A stretch of 64,000 nucleotides of DNA from Candidatus Pacearchaeota archaeon CG_4_10_14_0_2_um_filter_35_33. GTDB taxonomy: Archaea; Nanobdellota; Nanobdellia; Pacearchaeales; GW2011-AR1. The notes below the pieces were generated by a model. It did not search any database, was not told the DNA's origin, and saw only the letters and a list, made by a program, of their open reading frames with translations. This document shows, piece by piece, positions 17,728 through 26,874 of the stretch (positions within the stretch are counted from its first letter, which is position 1; every line of letters starts with the position of its first letter). The stretch spans positions 2,563-66,562 of the forward strand of contig PFOR01000027.1 of NCBI GenBank assembly GCA_002792635.1, in the 5' to 3' direction. Position numbers and translations under genes: made by a program.

Positions 17728-20349
17728 ATGGCAAATAAATTTTATGGTGGTTTAATTATAATAATTTTTCTTGCCGTTGGAGTTTTTGCAAGTTTTGATT
17801 ATAATGGAAATAGCCTTGTAACGAGTTATGCCGAAGGAGAGATTATTAAGGGAAGTGTGAATATTAGTTTTAATAATGAGAAAGCGGAGAGCATGTTTAC
17901 GTCTAATTTGGACGGGGAGAGCAGTTTATTGGATTTCCTTTTGAATAATAGTCTGGAAATTGATGTCGATTTTGATTGTAGTACGCCTGATTGTGAAACA
18001 GGATATGAGCCTCTTAGCGAATTAAATCAATTTGTTCTAGAGGATGAAAGGGTATTAGGATTTAGAGTTTCTGGGAATGACATATCTTCGGTGGAATCTG
18101 CAAAATTTAGAATAACCGGAAATTCTGGAAATAGCTGCATTAATCCGGTGTTCATAGACATATTAAATAACAACCAGGAAATTTTAGTTTCAGATAGTTA
18201 TGTTGAAGACGAGTATTGTGGGAATACAAATAGGGGTTGCTTTGATACCGGTGCTAATTTAGATGAAGTTCAAGTGGCAACTTCTCCTTACTGTAATAAG
18301 ATGGTTATTCCTACTGGTCCTGGCATAGAAGTTGGAGCTAAAATAAAAAATACAACAAAAGGTGTTGCTGATTTGAAAATGGAATTGTATGGTATTGATG
18401 GTGATTTTATCGATGCATGCGATTTACCAAAGCATACTCAAATAGAAGAAACATTGGGTTGTGTTATTAATTACAGCATTGTTCAACAGGATGAATATTT
18501 AGTTTGTGTGAAAAGAGCGAGTGCGACTGGGAATCCAAATTATAAGATAATGTCTGAAAATGAAGAGGAAATCTGTGGTACTGATAATTTGGGAATAAGC
18601 TATACAAGAGATTATGATATCTATATGAAAGTCTTGAAATATGGACCTATCGACATGATTGTTGATGATGGATTATTTAATAAAAAATACAATTTTAATC
18701 TTAAGGGTTACATAATGGACTACATATATGACAATTATGCTGGAGATTGTCAGCCTGATTGTGTTGTGCCAATTAGATTTTATGGTGGTAGCCAAGTAGA
18801 ATTCAGTTTGAGTGATATAGAATTTAGTTTTAAAGATGGAAATACCCTTGTTGAAAAAAACAGCATTTATGATGTAACTGAAACCCCTGCGTTGATTAGC
18901 TTAGAGGATTTGATATTAGATTTAAGTAAGGCAGGCTTCAGCGTTCCTTACGATACTAACCAAAATAAGTTTAAATTATATTTAGGCGGGAATAAAATAT
19001 TTGAGGAGCCCATAGAAGTAAGTGAGAGTTTTGAATTTGATGTTAATCCAAAATTTGTCGCGTTTGGTCAGAGCACTGTTTTCTATGCTAGTGCTTCTGA
19101 TGGAAACATAACTAAAACCGAATGGAAGTTTGGTGACGGAGATGAAGAAATTGTTAATGGTAACAGAGTCACCCATAGATATCTCGAGCAAGGGGAATTT
19201 GATTTAGAGGTAACTGCAACAAAGGATGGAAACATTACTGGAACTAGAACATTTACAATTCTTGTTGCTGATGCTAAGGAATCTGCAAGAATAACCATAG
19301 ATGACTACAATTCAAGGATTGTAACAGTTAAGGAAAATATCTTGGATTATCCTGATTGGTTTGGTATCTATCTAACCATCGCGATTAACGTTGAAGGGAT
19401 TGAAAATAAATTGAGCGTTCTTGAAAGTCAATATGAGGGTGCTACTGAGGATGAAAATTATACGGAAATTATGTTAGAACTTTTGGAATTGAAAGTTCCT
19501 AAATCTATAAATTCGACTATAAATGGAAAACTCCCTCTTGTGATTGGTTATGAGAATTTCAACATAGGACATATAGAAGATTTAAGTGGGGATGAAGTTG
19601 ATAATGATAAAGCAGAAAAGGCAATATTGGGTTGGATGGATGAATACTTTAGTGGGAGCATAGGCTTTGATGTAATCAGTGGAGATTTTGATTCGGGAGT
19701 TGAAGCTATTTCTACTAAGTTTGAGGTTGACGTTAGTGTTGATGACGGTGTGCCTGCAACTTCGTACTTAATCATGAATCCAGGACTAGATGAAGTAACA
19801 TTTTCCAAAGAGTCTGGTCAGATGGACGTTTCAGGGGCTACATCGGTTAAGATGGATACTACAAGAAAAGTTTTAGAGTTTGCCATGTCCGGCGAAGTTC
19901 TGGCAGAGGATTTAGGAATTTATATATCTCCTTTCCCTTCTGAACTTGACTTGGAAGAAGATACTGAAACCGGGGAAGAAGATGAAGGCTTCAAGTGGAG
20001 AAGGTTTATAATTGGGATTATAGTTTTAATTGTACTGGCTTTTATTGCATACATAATAATGCAGGAATGGTATAAGAGGAATTACCAACACCACTTGTTT
20101 AGGAATGATAATGACATTTACAATTTGATTAATTTTGTTTATAATGGTAGGAAGGCTGGAATGAATGACAGGCAGATAAAGTATAAATTGAAGCAAAGTC
20201 GATGGAGTGGCGAACAAATAGATTACGCAATAAAGAAATTGGATGGAAAGAGAACCAGAATGTGGGAAATTCCTTTGTTCAGAGGCAGAGAAAAGAAGAA
20301 AATCAAGAAAGAAATCATGAAGAGGCAAAATCCGAGATTTGCTTATTGA
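17728..20349 (+). CDS. Giant surface protein with a PKD domain, a C-terminal TM helix and a cytoplasmic tail
   Basis: Signal peptide MANKFYGGLIIIIFLAVGVFA. PKD-like segment FYASASDGNITKTEWKFGDGDEE...FDLEVTATKDGN. TM helix FIIGIIVLIVLAFIAYIIM followed by an 80-aa basic tail. Confidence 0.75.
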   Translation: MANKFYGGLIIIIFLAVGVFASFDYNGNSLVTSYAEGEIIKGSVNISFNNEKAESMFTSNLDGESSLLDFLLNNSLEIDVDFDCSTPDCETGYEPLSELNQFVLEDERVLGFRVSGNDISSVESAKFRITGNSGNSCINPVFIDILNNNQEILVSDSYVEDEYCGNTNRGCFDTGANLDEVQVATSPYCNKMVIPTGPGIEVGAKIKNTTKGVADLKMELYGIDGDFIDACDLPKHTQIEETLGCVINYSIVQQDEYLVCVKRASATGNPNYKIMSENEEEICGTDNLGISYTRDYDIYMKVLKYGPIDMIVDDGLFNKKYNFNLKGYIMDYIYDNYAGDCQPDCVVPIRFYGGSQVEFSLSDIEFSFKDGNTLVEKNSIYDVTETPALISLEDLILDLSKAGFSVPYDTNQNKFKLYLGGNKIFEEPIEVSESFEFDVNPKFVAFGQSTVFYASASDGNITKTEWKFGDGDEEIVNGNRVTHRYLEQGEFDLEVTATKDGNITGTRTFTILVADAKESARITIDDYNSRIVTVKENILDYPDWFGIYLTIAINVEGIENKLSVLESQYEGATEDENYTEIMLELLELKVPKSINSTINGKLPLVIGYENFNIGHIEDLSGDEVDNDKAEKAILGWMDEYFSGSIGFDVISGDFDSGVEAISTKFEVDVSVDDGVPATSYLIMNPGLDEVTFSKESGQMDVSGATSVKMDTTRKVLEFAMSGEVLAEDLGIYISPFPSELDLEEDTETGEEDEGFKWRRFIIGIIVLIVLAFIAYIIMQEWYKRNYQHHLFRNDNDIYNLINFVYNGRKAGMNDRQIKYKLKQSRWSGEQIDYAIKKLDGKRTRMWEIPLFRGREKKKIKKEIMKRQNPRFAY

Positions 20350-20414
20350 TAATCACTGGAAAGAGATAGTTTAATTAGCATAAGATTTATTAAAAGGTAT
20401 AATTTAATGGTCGT

Positions 20415-21053
20415 ATGATTAGAATAATAAAGAGTTGGTCAAAAAGGGTGTTGAATAGCCTCTTTGGAAGAAAGGATAACATCAAATTGGGTTTCTATGG
20501 GCCTCCAAATGCGGGAAAGACTAGTCTTGCTAATATAATCTGCAAGGATTGGACTGGCGAGGAGATTGGAAGTGTTAGTGATGTCCCTCACGAGACTAGA
20601 AGCGTTCAAGTCAAAGAAAAAGTTGAGATAGAGCATAAAGGAAAGAAACTTACTTTTAAAATTGCAGATACGCCGGGAATTGCAACAAAGATTGATTATG
20701 AGGATTTTTTGAAGTTTAAAATGAAAAAGAAAGCTGCTAAAAAAAGAGCTAAAGAAGCTACACAGGGAATAATTGAAAGTATAAAGTGGTTGGATGATAT
20801 GGATGCTATAATTGTTGTTCTTGATGCTACAGAGAACCCCTATTCACAAGTTAATATAACTGTTGTTGGAAATATTGCGGCTAAAGAAAAACCGGTTTTG
20901 ATTATCGCGAATAAGATAGATTTGAAAAAAGCTAATGTGAAGACGATAGAAGCAGCCTTCCCTGAATATGAGGTTGTTGGAATCTCTGCTAAAAAGAAGA
21001 AAAATATCGACGATTTTTATGAAGCCTTGTTTAGGCTCTCTAAAAAAGTTTAA
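20415..21053 (+). CDS. Small GTPase (TRAFAC class)
   Basis: G1 GPPNAGKTS, G3 DTPG, G4 NKID, G5 SAKK. Confidence 0.8.
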   Translation: MIRIIKSWSKRVLNSLFGRKDNIKLGFYGPPNAGKTSLANIICKDWTGEEIGSVSDVPHETRSVQVKEKVEIEHKGKKLTFKIADTPGIATKIDYEDFLKFKMKKKAAKKRAKEATQGIIESIKWLDDMDAIIVVLDATENPYSQVNITVVGNIAAKEKPVLIIANKIDLKKANVKTIEAAFPEYEVVGISAKKKKNIDDFYEALFRLSKKV

Positions 21054-21062
21054 ATAAGGAAA

Positions 21063-21491
21063 ATGGCTAATAAGGAAATGAAAAGGAAAAAGAGGTCTAG
21101 TTCCAGTTCTAGAAAGGTGAAGGGATTGGGCTTGCATGTGATTCCGTTTTCCGAAGTGCAATACTTATCTATTACAGATAGAATAAAGAAAATATTAAAA
21201 TTAATCTTGGGAAATAAAATTGTGATTCTACAGGGAAGGTTAAAAGTGGAGGAGGAGATAAGATTGATTGAAGACACCATGGCGATGGTAGATCACATAA
21301 AATCATTCAGGGGGATTGAGCTTGCAGTTATAGAACCTAGCTTGAATGATTCAGGAATTATGGCAAAGATGAAACAAGGAATAGCAAATAGACTCTCAGG
21401 TAATACTGGGGCTTTGACGATAATTGGACCTGCGTCTATTGTTAAGGAAATAAAGAAAGATCCTAAGAAACTTGAAGTTATGTTGGGATAG
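21063..21491 (+). CDS. Conserved archaeal protein, DUF2073-like (assignment from gene context)
   Basis: It lies between the GTPase and the Zn-ribbon protein, as in the archaeal GTPase / DUF2073 / DUF2072 neighbourhood recalled from COG3364/3365. No catalytic motif is visible. Confidence 0.45.
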   Translation: MANKEMKRKKRSSSSSRKVKGLGLHVIPFSEVQYLSITDRIKKILKLILGNKIVILQGRLKVEEEIRLIEDTMAMVDHIKSFRGIELAVIEPSLNDSGIMAKMKQGIANRLSGNTGALTIIGPASIVKEIKKDPKKLEVMLG

Positions 21492-21526
21492 AGAACAAGT
21501 AATTTTATTAATGCCTTTATACTGGA

Positions 21527-21925
21527 ATGTCTATGCCACACCAATGCGTTCATTGTTCAAAAGTATATGAGGATGGTTCTGACGCAGTCTTAAAAGGGTG
21601 TAAGGATTGTGGGAGCAGATTTTTCTTTTATCTTAGCCATGAAAAATTAGAAAAAATAAGAAGTTCCGGAAAAGAAAGATTGAATTTGACAAGTGCTGAG
21701 AAAAAACAGATTGAGGAAGATGTTAGGGATATTGTTGGCGTGGAAGAGGAAGATGCTCCAATCGTGATGGATTTTGAGAGTGTTAAAGTGATTAAACCCG
21801 GAAAGTATTTGTTGGATATTGGAAATTTGTTCAATAAAGAAAGGCCTTTAGTCTATAAGCTAGAGGATGGGAAATACATAGTTGATTTGATTGGAAGTAT
21901 GCAAAGGGGAAAGAAAGGTGTTTAA
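21527..21925 (+). CDS. Zn-ribbon protein (DUF2072/COG3364-like)
   Basis: CVHC...17 aa...CKDC at the N-terminus. Confidence 0.6.
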   Translation: MSMPHQCVHCSKVYEDGSDAVLKGCKDCGSRFFFYLSHEKLEKIRSSGKERLNLTSAEKKQIEEDVRDIVGVEEEDAPIVMDFESVKVIKPGKYLLDIGNLFNKERPLVYKLEDGKYIVDLIGSMQRGKKGV

Positions 21926-21996
21926 CTACAACTTTTAGAAAACCTCAAGAATCAAAGAAGGAGAAGGTATTTAAATCGGAAAAGATTAGCGACAAT

Positions 21997-22587
21997 ATGA
22001 AATTAGAGGTGAATGTTGAGAAGAGGTATGCTATCGGAATGATTATGAGTTTTTTGATTCTGGCAGGAGCTATTTTTGGTGTTGCTCAATGGAACCAGCC
22101 CGATGTTTGGCATGATGCTAGTGCTGTCAAGGTTAATGTTAATGGGGAGAAGGATTTACAGACTGCGATAAATAATGATTTTTGTAGAGGTGATGGAGTA
22201 AATTGCCCTACTGGCTCTATAAATTACATGGCTACTTGGACTCCTGTTTCTAAGAGTAACCAGTTTTATCAGGACGGTGATTTAGATTACGCTAATTTGA
22301 ATATTCCCCCAGATGCGAATGAAATATTAATTTATGTTAGAGGATGGCAACAGGGAAAGGCTGGAGGGACCATAGGTATAAAGGAGATAGATATTTACAC
22401 TAAAGAGGGTACTAAAGAATATTTGACTAAATTTGGAATGCTTGAAGGTGTCAATAATTTTGATTATGGAAGTTCTTCGGAGGACATGTGGCTTCCAATA
22501 ACCAGCGATAACAAGGTTTATGTTAGAGGAATGGATTGGACAGGTCAACAAGATTGGATTCAAATTGACATTTTAGGTTATCGTTAA
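21997..22587 (+). CDS. Membrane-anchored hypothetical protein
   Basis: N-terminal TM helix AIGMIMSFLILAGAIFGVA. TATA lies 29 nt upstream of the ATG. Confidence 0.5.
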   Translation: MKLEVNVEKRYAIGMIMSFLILAGAIFGVAQWNQPDVWHDASAVKVNVNGEKDLQTAINNDFCRGDGVNCPTGSINYMATWTPVSKSNQFYQDGDLDYANLNIPPDANEILIYVRGWQQGKAGGTIGIKEIDIYTKEGTKEYLTKFGMLEGVNNFDYGSSSEDMWLPITSDNKVYVRGMDWTGQQDWIQIDILGYR

Positions 22588-22624
22588 TCCCATAATTTAA
22601 AAACAATATTGGCTTTCTTATAGA

Positions 22625-23890
22625 ATGAAAAGAATACTTAAAGAACAGATTGATTTGATTAGACCAGCAAAAAAAGAGTTGTTGGAAATAAAAAAGGAAG
22701 TCAATCTATTTGTGGAAGAGTTGAAAAAAGAAGTTAATAGGGGCAAGCAAAAAGGCGATGTTTTTGTTGGGGGAAGCTTTGCCAAGGGAACTCTTGTTAA
22801 GAAGGATAAGTATGATGTAGATGTTTTTGTAAGGTTTGACTGGAAATATGAAAAACTATCAGAACTATTAGTAAAGCCCTTAAAGAATCTTGGTAAAAGA
22901 CATAAGTGGAAAGTTGAGAGGATTCACGGCAGTAGAGACTATTTTAGAGTGTATTTTTCTGATAAGAGTTATTTTGAAGTTATTCCTGTTACTAAAATTA
23001 AACATCCTAGGGAGGAAAGGAATGTTACTGATTTAAGTTATTTTCATGTGCCTTATATCAAAAAGAGGATTAAAGGGTTGGAAGAGGACATAATGCTGGC
23101 TAAAACATTTTGCCATGCGCAAAAGGTTTATGGGGCTGAGACTTATGTTCAGGGATTTTCGGGATATGCTTTGGAATTGTTAGTTATTCATTATAAGGGA
23201 TTCAAAAAAATGTTGAAACAATTAATTAAGGTAAGAAAGGATAATAGGCTAATAGTTGACCCTGAAAAGCATTACAAGAGAAAGAATGATGTTTTGTTTG
23301 ATATGAATGAAGCAAAGCTACAATCACCAATTATTTTAGTTGACCCCACTTATAAAGAAAGGAATGCCCTTGCAGCGTTATCGAGAGAAACTTTTGAGAG
23401 ATTCCAGAGTGCTGCTAAAAAATTTCTTAGGAATCCTAAGAAAAACTATTTTGTTAAGAAACCGATTGATGTTAAAAAATTGAGAAAAATTAAAGGGGAA
23501 TTTATACATGTTAAACTTGAAACAGATAGACAGGAAGGAGATATTGCAGGAACAAAACTAAAGAAGTTCTCTGAATTTTTGATAATGGAGATGAAGGAGT
23601 ATTTTAAGATTAAAAGAGATGAGTTTGATTATAATGATAGCAAAGATGCTGATTTGTATTTAGTTGTTGAAAGTAAGAGAGAAATTATTAGGATGGGTCC
23701 CCCGAACTATACTAAGAAGTTAAGGAAGCACATACAAGCTTTTAAGAAAGAGCATAAAAAGACTTTTGTTAAGGAAGGGATTTTACATGCTAAGATAAAA
23801 GTGAATTTTACAGGTAAAGAATTTATTCAGAAATTGAAGAGAAGGGATGAAGTTAAGGATATGGGGATAACAGGGATAAAAATTAAATAA
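22625..23890 (+). CDS. cca: CCA-adding enzyme (archaeal class I tRNA nucleotidyltransferase)
   Basis: GGSFAKGTLVKKDKYDVDVFVRF nucleotidyltransferase motif. The size of 421 aa fits an archaeal Cca. Confidence 0.85.
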   Translation: MKRILKEQIDLIRPAKKELLEIKKEVNLFVEELKKEVNRGKQKGDVFVGGSFAKGTLVKKDKYDVDVFVRFDWKYEKLSELLVKPLKNLGKRHKWKVERIHGSRDYFRVYFSDKSYFEVIPVTKIKHPREERNVTDLSYFHVPYIKKRIKGLEEDIMLAKTFCHAQKVYGAETYVQGFSGYALELLVIHYKGFKKMLKQLIKVRKDNRLIVDPEKHYKRKNDVLFDMNEAKLQSPIILVDPTYKERNALAALSRETFERFQSAAKKFLRNPKKNYFVKKPIDVKKLRKIKGEFIHVKLETDRQEGDIAGTKLKKFSEFLIMEMKEYFKIKRDEFDYNDSKDADLYLVVESKREIIRMGPPNYTKKLRKHIQAFKKEHKKTFVKEGILHAKIKVNFTGKEFIQKLKRRDEVKDMGITGIKIK

Positions 23891-24224
23891 ATCCTGAAAT
23901 TTCGTATCCTGCTCCTGTAAGAAATCTTCTTGTTTCTTGAGTTATCCCCCTAAATAAATCGTCTCTTTGGGAGGAAATAATCAGTAATACCTCTTACGTT
24001 CCGTCTCCTTGTCCAGGGATATAGTGTCTCTTGACTGTCACCGAAGAATCTCTGGACTGATATGGATTTTTGGCTATTAAGCCCTTTCCAAAGGTCGTAA
24101 ATCCTGAACGCTCTCTCGTTAAACCGAGTTCTCCCATTAGGGCTTCAAAACCTTTGTTTTATCTACTAGCATCTTCAGGGAGATAGGTCCTTTCTTAGAA
24201 TAAGCTGTTGTTACAGTTCTCATC
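23891..24224 (-). pseudogene. ORF-less relic; a start-less 62-codon frame encodes an HTH-like remnant (possibly a decayed transposase N-terminus)
   Basis: Minus-strand frame: NGRTRFNERAFRIYDLWKGLNSQKSISVQRFFGDSQETLYPWTRRRNVRGITDYF. It has no start codon and neighbouring frames are broken. The pattern resembles TLYMDLYYNGMSFRKIQEHL...STAYRWIAKY of the IS6-like transposase at 45228-45812. Confidence 0.3.
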
Positions 24225-24998
24225 TTACCTTAAACTAAAATTAAGCATTCCGTTTAAAGCCTCTGAGAAGTAGGGTGCGTTAATCCAGAGTCCTATTTCC
24301 TCATCTGAATGCTCGTATGTTATCATGAACAGAGATTCTCTTTTATCAGCAATTATGAATCTGCCCTTGTTAGATGTTATTTTAGCATTTAACTTGTGCT
24401 TATTGTTTATTTTCCTTATGTCTGATTCCTGACCATTAAGGGCGATTTTTACCCTTATGTTAGATTTCTTAAGTTTCTCAATTTCAGGTAACAAAATTCT
24501 TGATCTCTTATCAAAATCCTGAACGGATGTGCAGATTGCAATTTCTTTCTTTGCATTTCCGAATATATCTCTTAGTTTCGAGTTAATGTGTGTCTTTCCC
24601 TTTAGAGCTCCTGAAAGATCTTCTGCCTTTACTGGGGAAATTCCAGCAGAATAAAGTTGTTCAAGTTCCTTGTATTCATCCCTTTCTCTTAATTTTCCAA
24701 GAAGTTTTACTTTTTCTTGAGCTTCTGTTAGAACATTAGATTTTATTTTTTCTATGATTGCATGAGGTTCTACTGCTATATACTTAACTGGTTTTCCAAT
24801 CTTAATTATTGCGAATCCTCTCTTTGCTAGGGATTCTAAAACATCATAGGTTCTTGATCTAGGGACACCTGATAGCTCTGCAGTCTCTCCTGCTGATACA
24901 ACGCCTTTAGATAACAGGGCTAGCCAAACCTTTGTCTCATAGATATTTAGGCTGAAATGGTCTTTTATCTTGTTTACTAGTTCTTGTTTTACTATCAT
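24225..24998 (-). CDS. TrmB-family transcriptional regulator
   Basis: N-terminal winged HTH IYETKVWLALLSKGVVSAGETAELSGVPRSRTYDVLESLAKRGF, followed by a coiled linker and a C-terminal domain. Confidence 0.8.
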   Translation of the reverse strand: MIVKQELVNKIKDHFSLNIYETKVWLALLSKGVVSAGETAELSGVPRSRTYDVLESLAKRGFAIIKIGKPVKYIAVEPHAIIEKIKSNVLTEAQEKVKLLGKLRERDEYKELEQLYSAGISPVKAEDLSGALKGKTHINSKLRDIFGNAKKEIAICTSVQDFDKRSRILLPEIEKLKKSNIRVKIALNGQESDIRKINNKHKLNAKITSNKGRFIIADKRESLFMITYEHSDEEIGLWINAPYFSEALNGMLNFSLR

Positions 24999-25240
24999 TT
25001 TGCTTTATAATTCCCTATTTTTGAGCCTGGTACTATGGTTTGATCACTTATTGTTAAACCACTCCGTACAATCTGCCTTCCTAATTCTTGCGCATCATCG
25101 GTTCTTGTCCAAAAGTCTATTTCCCTGATGTTTCTTTGTTCTGCATAGGACACAGAGCTATAATTATCTAAGATTTTTCTGAGATTTCCTAGATTATCCT
25201 CTCCTATTGAGTTTATTTTTACTGTTCCTGATACTATCAT
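24995..25240 (-). CDS. Hypothetical protein (81 aa), first gene of the TrmB operon
   Basis: TATA lies 29 nt upstream of the ATG, and there is a 4-nt ATGA overlap with the trmB-like gene. Confidence 0.45.
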   Translation of the reverse strand: MIVSGTVKINSIGEDNLGNLRKILDNYSSVSYAEQRNIREIDFWTRTDDAQELGRQIVRSGLTISDQTIVPGSKIGNYKAK

Positions 25241-25339
25241 GTAAAAGTGATAAATATCGGGTATATAAAGGTTTTGGTTGTTGTACCTTTAAGATAGTAA
25301 AATCGGAAGGTTTAAATATGGAAATTTTTAAGAGGGACT

Positions 25340-25687
25340 ATGCCAATAGGATTTAATAGACCTTCAGATAGGAGAGAATATGATGGAATAGTCTTAGTTG
25401 CGCCTGGAGATGATCTTTATTTTTCGAAGGTGGGCAAGACAATTATACAAACCGTAGGTAATGGCACTATTGCTGCAAGTTATGTTGGAATGAATCCTGG
25501 AGGTTATATGGTAACTGATAGACACATAGGTGAAAAGGATGGGAAAGTTGCGATTATAAATGATATAAAACTATTAAAACCTGCATCTGAGATAACTATA
25601 TCTGACAAAGACTTAGAATCTTTCATTGAGAATTTTCAAAAAGCAATGGATAGAGCGGAAGCGGATAAAAAGGACAAAGATAAATAA
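25340..25687 (+). CDS. Hypothetical protein (115 aa)
   Basis: TATA TTTAAATA lies 29 nt upstream of the ATG. No recognisable motif. Confidence 0.5.
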   Translation: MPIGFNRPSDRREYDGIVLVAPGDDLYFSKVGKTIIQTVGNGTIAASYVGMNPGGYMVTDRHIGEKDGKVAIINDIKLLKPASEITISDKDLESFIENFQKAMDRAEADKKDKDK

Positions 25688-25713
25688 TTTATACTCTAAA
25701 TGCCTGGTTTTTT

Positions 25714-25914
25714 ATGAAAACAGAGGTGAGATGTTTTTATCAATTATTTGGGAGCCCATATCAGTGTTGTATAGGATGTGAGCCTGATTTAGATCCAGAA
25801 CATGGTATAAATAATGAGAGTTGTGATAGATATTACCCGGTTAATGTTAGAATTTTAGATTTTGTGGATGCGATTCGTAGAGATGTTCGTGATACTTGTA
25901 ATAACTTAGATTAG
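25714..25914 (+). CDS. Small Cys-rich hypothetical protein (66 aa)
   Basis: It contains 6 Cys, and an AT-rich TATA-like element lies about 28 nt upstream. Confidence 0.4.
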   Translation: MKTEVRCFYQLFGSPYQCCIGCEPDLDPEHGINNESCDRYYPVNVRILDFVDAIRRDVRDTCNNLD

Positions 25915-26820
25915 TAATGCTATTCCGAGAGCAATTAGACATCCTACTGTGATGAATGGCATTGCCGGGTAGAATTTCCCTTTCTCAGATACATAGAACA
26001 AGTATGTTAGGGCTATTGTAGCACCTATTGCTATTAATAGTGCTTGAGCTAAACCCATATAAGCCAGGACAACTCCTGATAGAATCATTGGAAATACTAT
26101 ATCTCCGCCTCCCAAAATAGCTACACTGACTTTCATTGGTTTCTTGGACTTGGATTTTTTCCTTCCTTTTAGTAAAACGCGGTCTTTCTTTCCTAGATAT
26201 GGTACGAAGAATCCCGGGAATACTTTGACTTTTTCCATCTGGTATTTAGCCATTTTCTGCATGAATCCTGCATGCCAAACAGCATACATATCATATATGG
26301 ATATGATTACAAGCAACAAAACGACAGACCAAACACTTAATAGCGGGACAAAGACGGCTGCGATTCCGGGATAAACTAATAATTCTGTTATATTATGAAC
26401 TATTATGTTTCTTTTGAACACTTTAAAGAAAGCTAGAGGTAATGCAATGATTATTGCTATTAAAGATGCGTAGGGCACTTTAAAGAGAAATGCATTTAAC
26501 GCTAATCCGATACCCACTATTATAACGATGAAAAACCAAACTCTTAATACAACTTCTGCTCTTAATTTCATTAAAACCAATACCAAAGAAACTGCAATTA
26601 CTAATGCTATGATAATAGATGTTGTTGCTGAACCCGGAGACACATCTTCCGGAGGAGTAAATCCATAAGGGAGATTATAATCTGTGCTGTTTATTTCTCC
26701 AGAACCCCCTTTTATCGCTGCTGAAGCAGGAAGATACATAAAACTGACAAATATTCCTATTAGCTGGGCTAAAAGAAACATTGCGAGAAGAATCATAGTC
26801 ACCTTTTTTGTATGTTTCAT
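25906..26820 (-). CDS. Presenilin/signal-peptide-peptidase-like intramembrane aspartyl protease (A22 family)
   Basis: Polytopic protein with YD (ISIYDMYAVW), GxGD (AILGGGDIVFP) and PAL-like (YPAMPF) motifs in the canonical order. Confidence 0.8.
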   Translation of the reverse strand: MKHTKKVTMILLAMFLLAQLIGIFVSFMYLPASAAIKGGSGEINSTDYNLPYGFTPPEDVSPGSATTSIIIALVIAVSLVLVLMKLRAEVVLRVWFFIVIIVGIGLALNAFLFKVPYASLIAIIIALPLAFFKVFKRNIIVHNITELLVYPGIAAVFVPLLSVWSVVLLLVIISIYDMYAVWHAGFMQKMAKYQMEKVKVFPGFFVPYLGKKDRVLLKGRKKSKSKKPMKVSVAILGGGDIVFPMILSGVVLAYMGLAQALLIAIGATIALTYLFYVSEKGKFYPAMPFITVGCLIALGIALLI

Positions 26821-26874
26821 TATTAAAACACCTATGGTTTCTTTAAGTTCAACTTCCCTTATAAAGTCTCTTAT

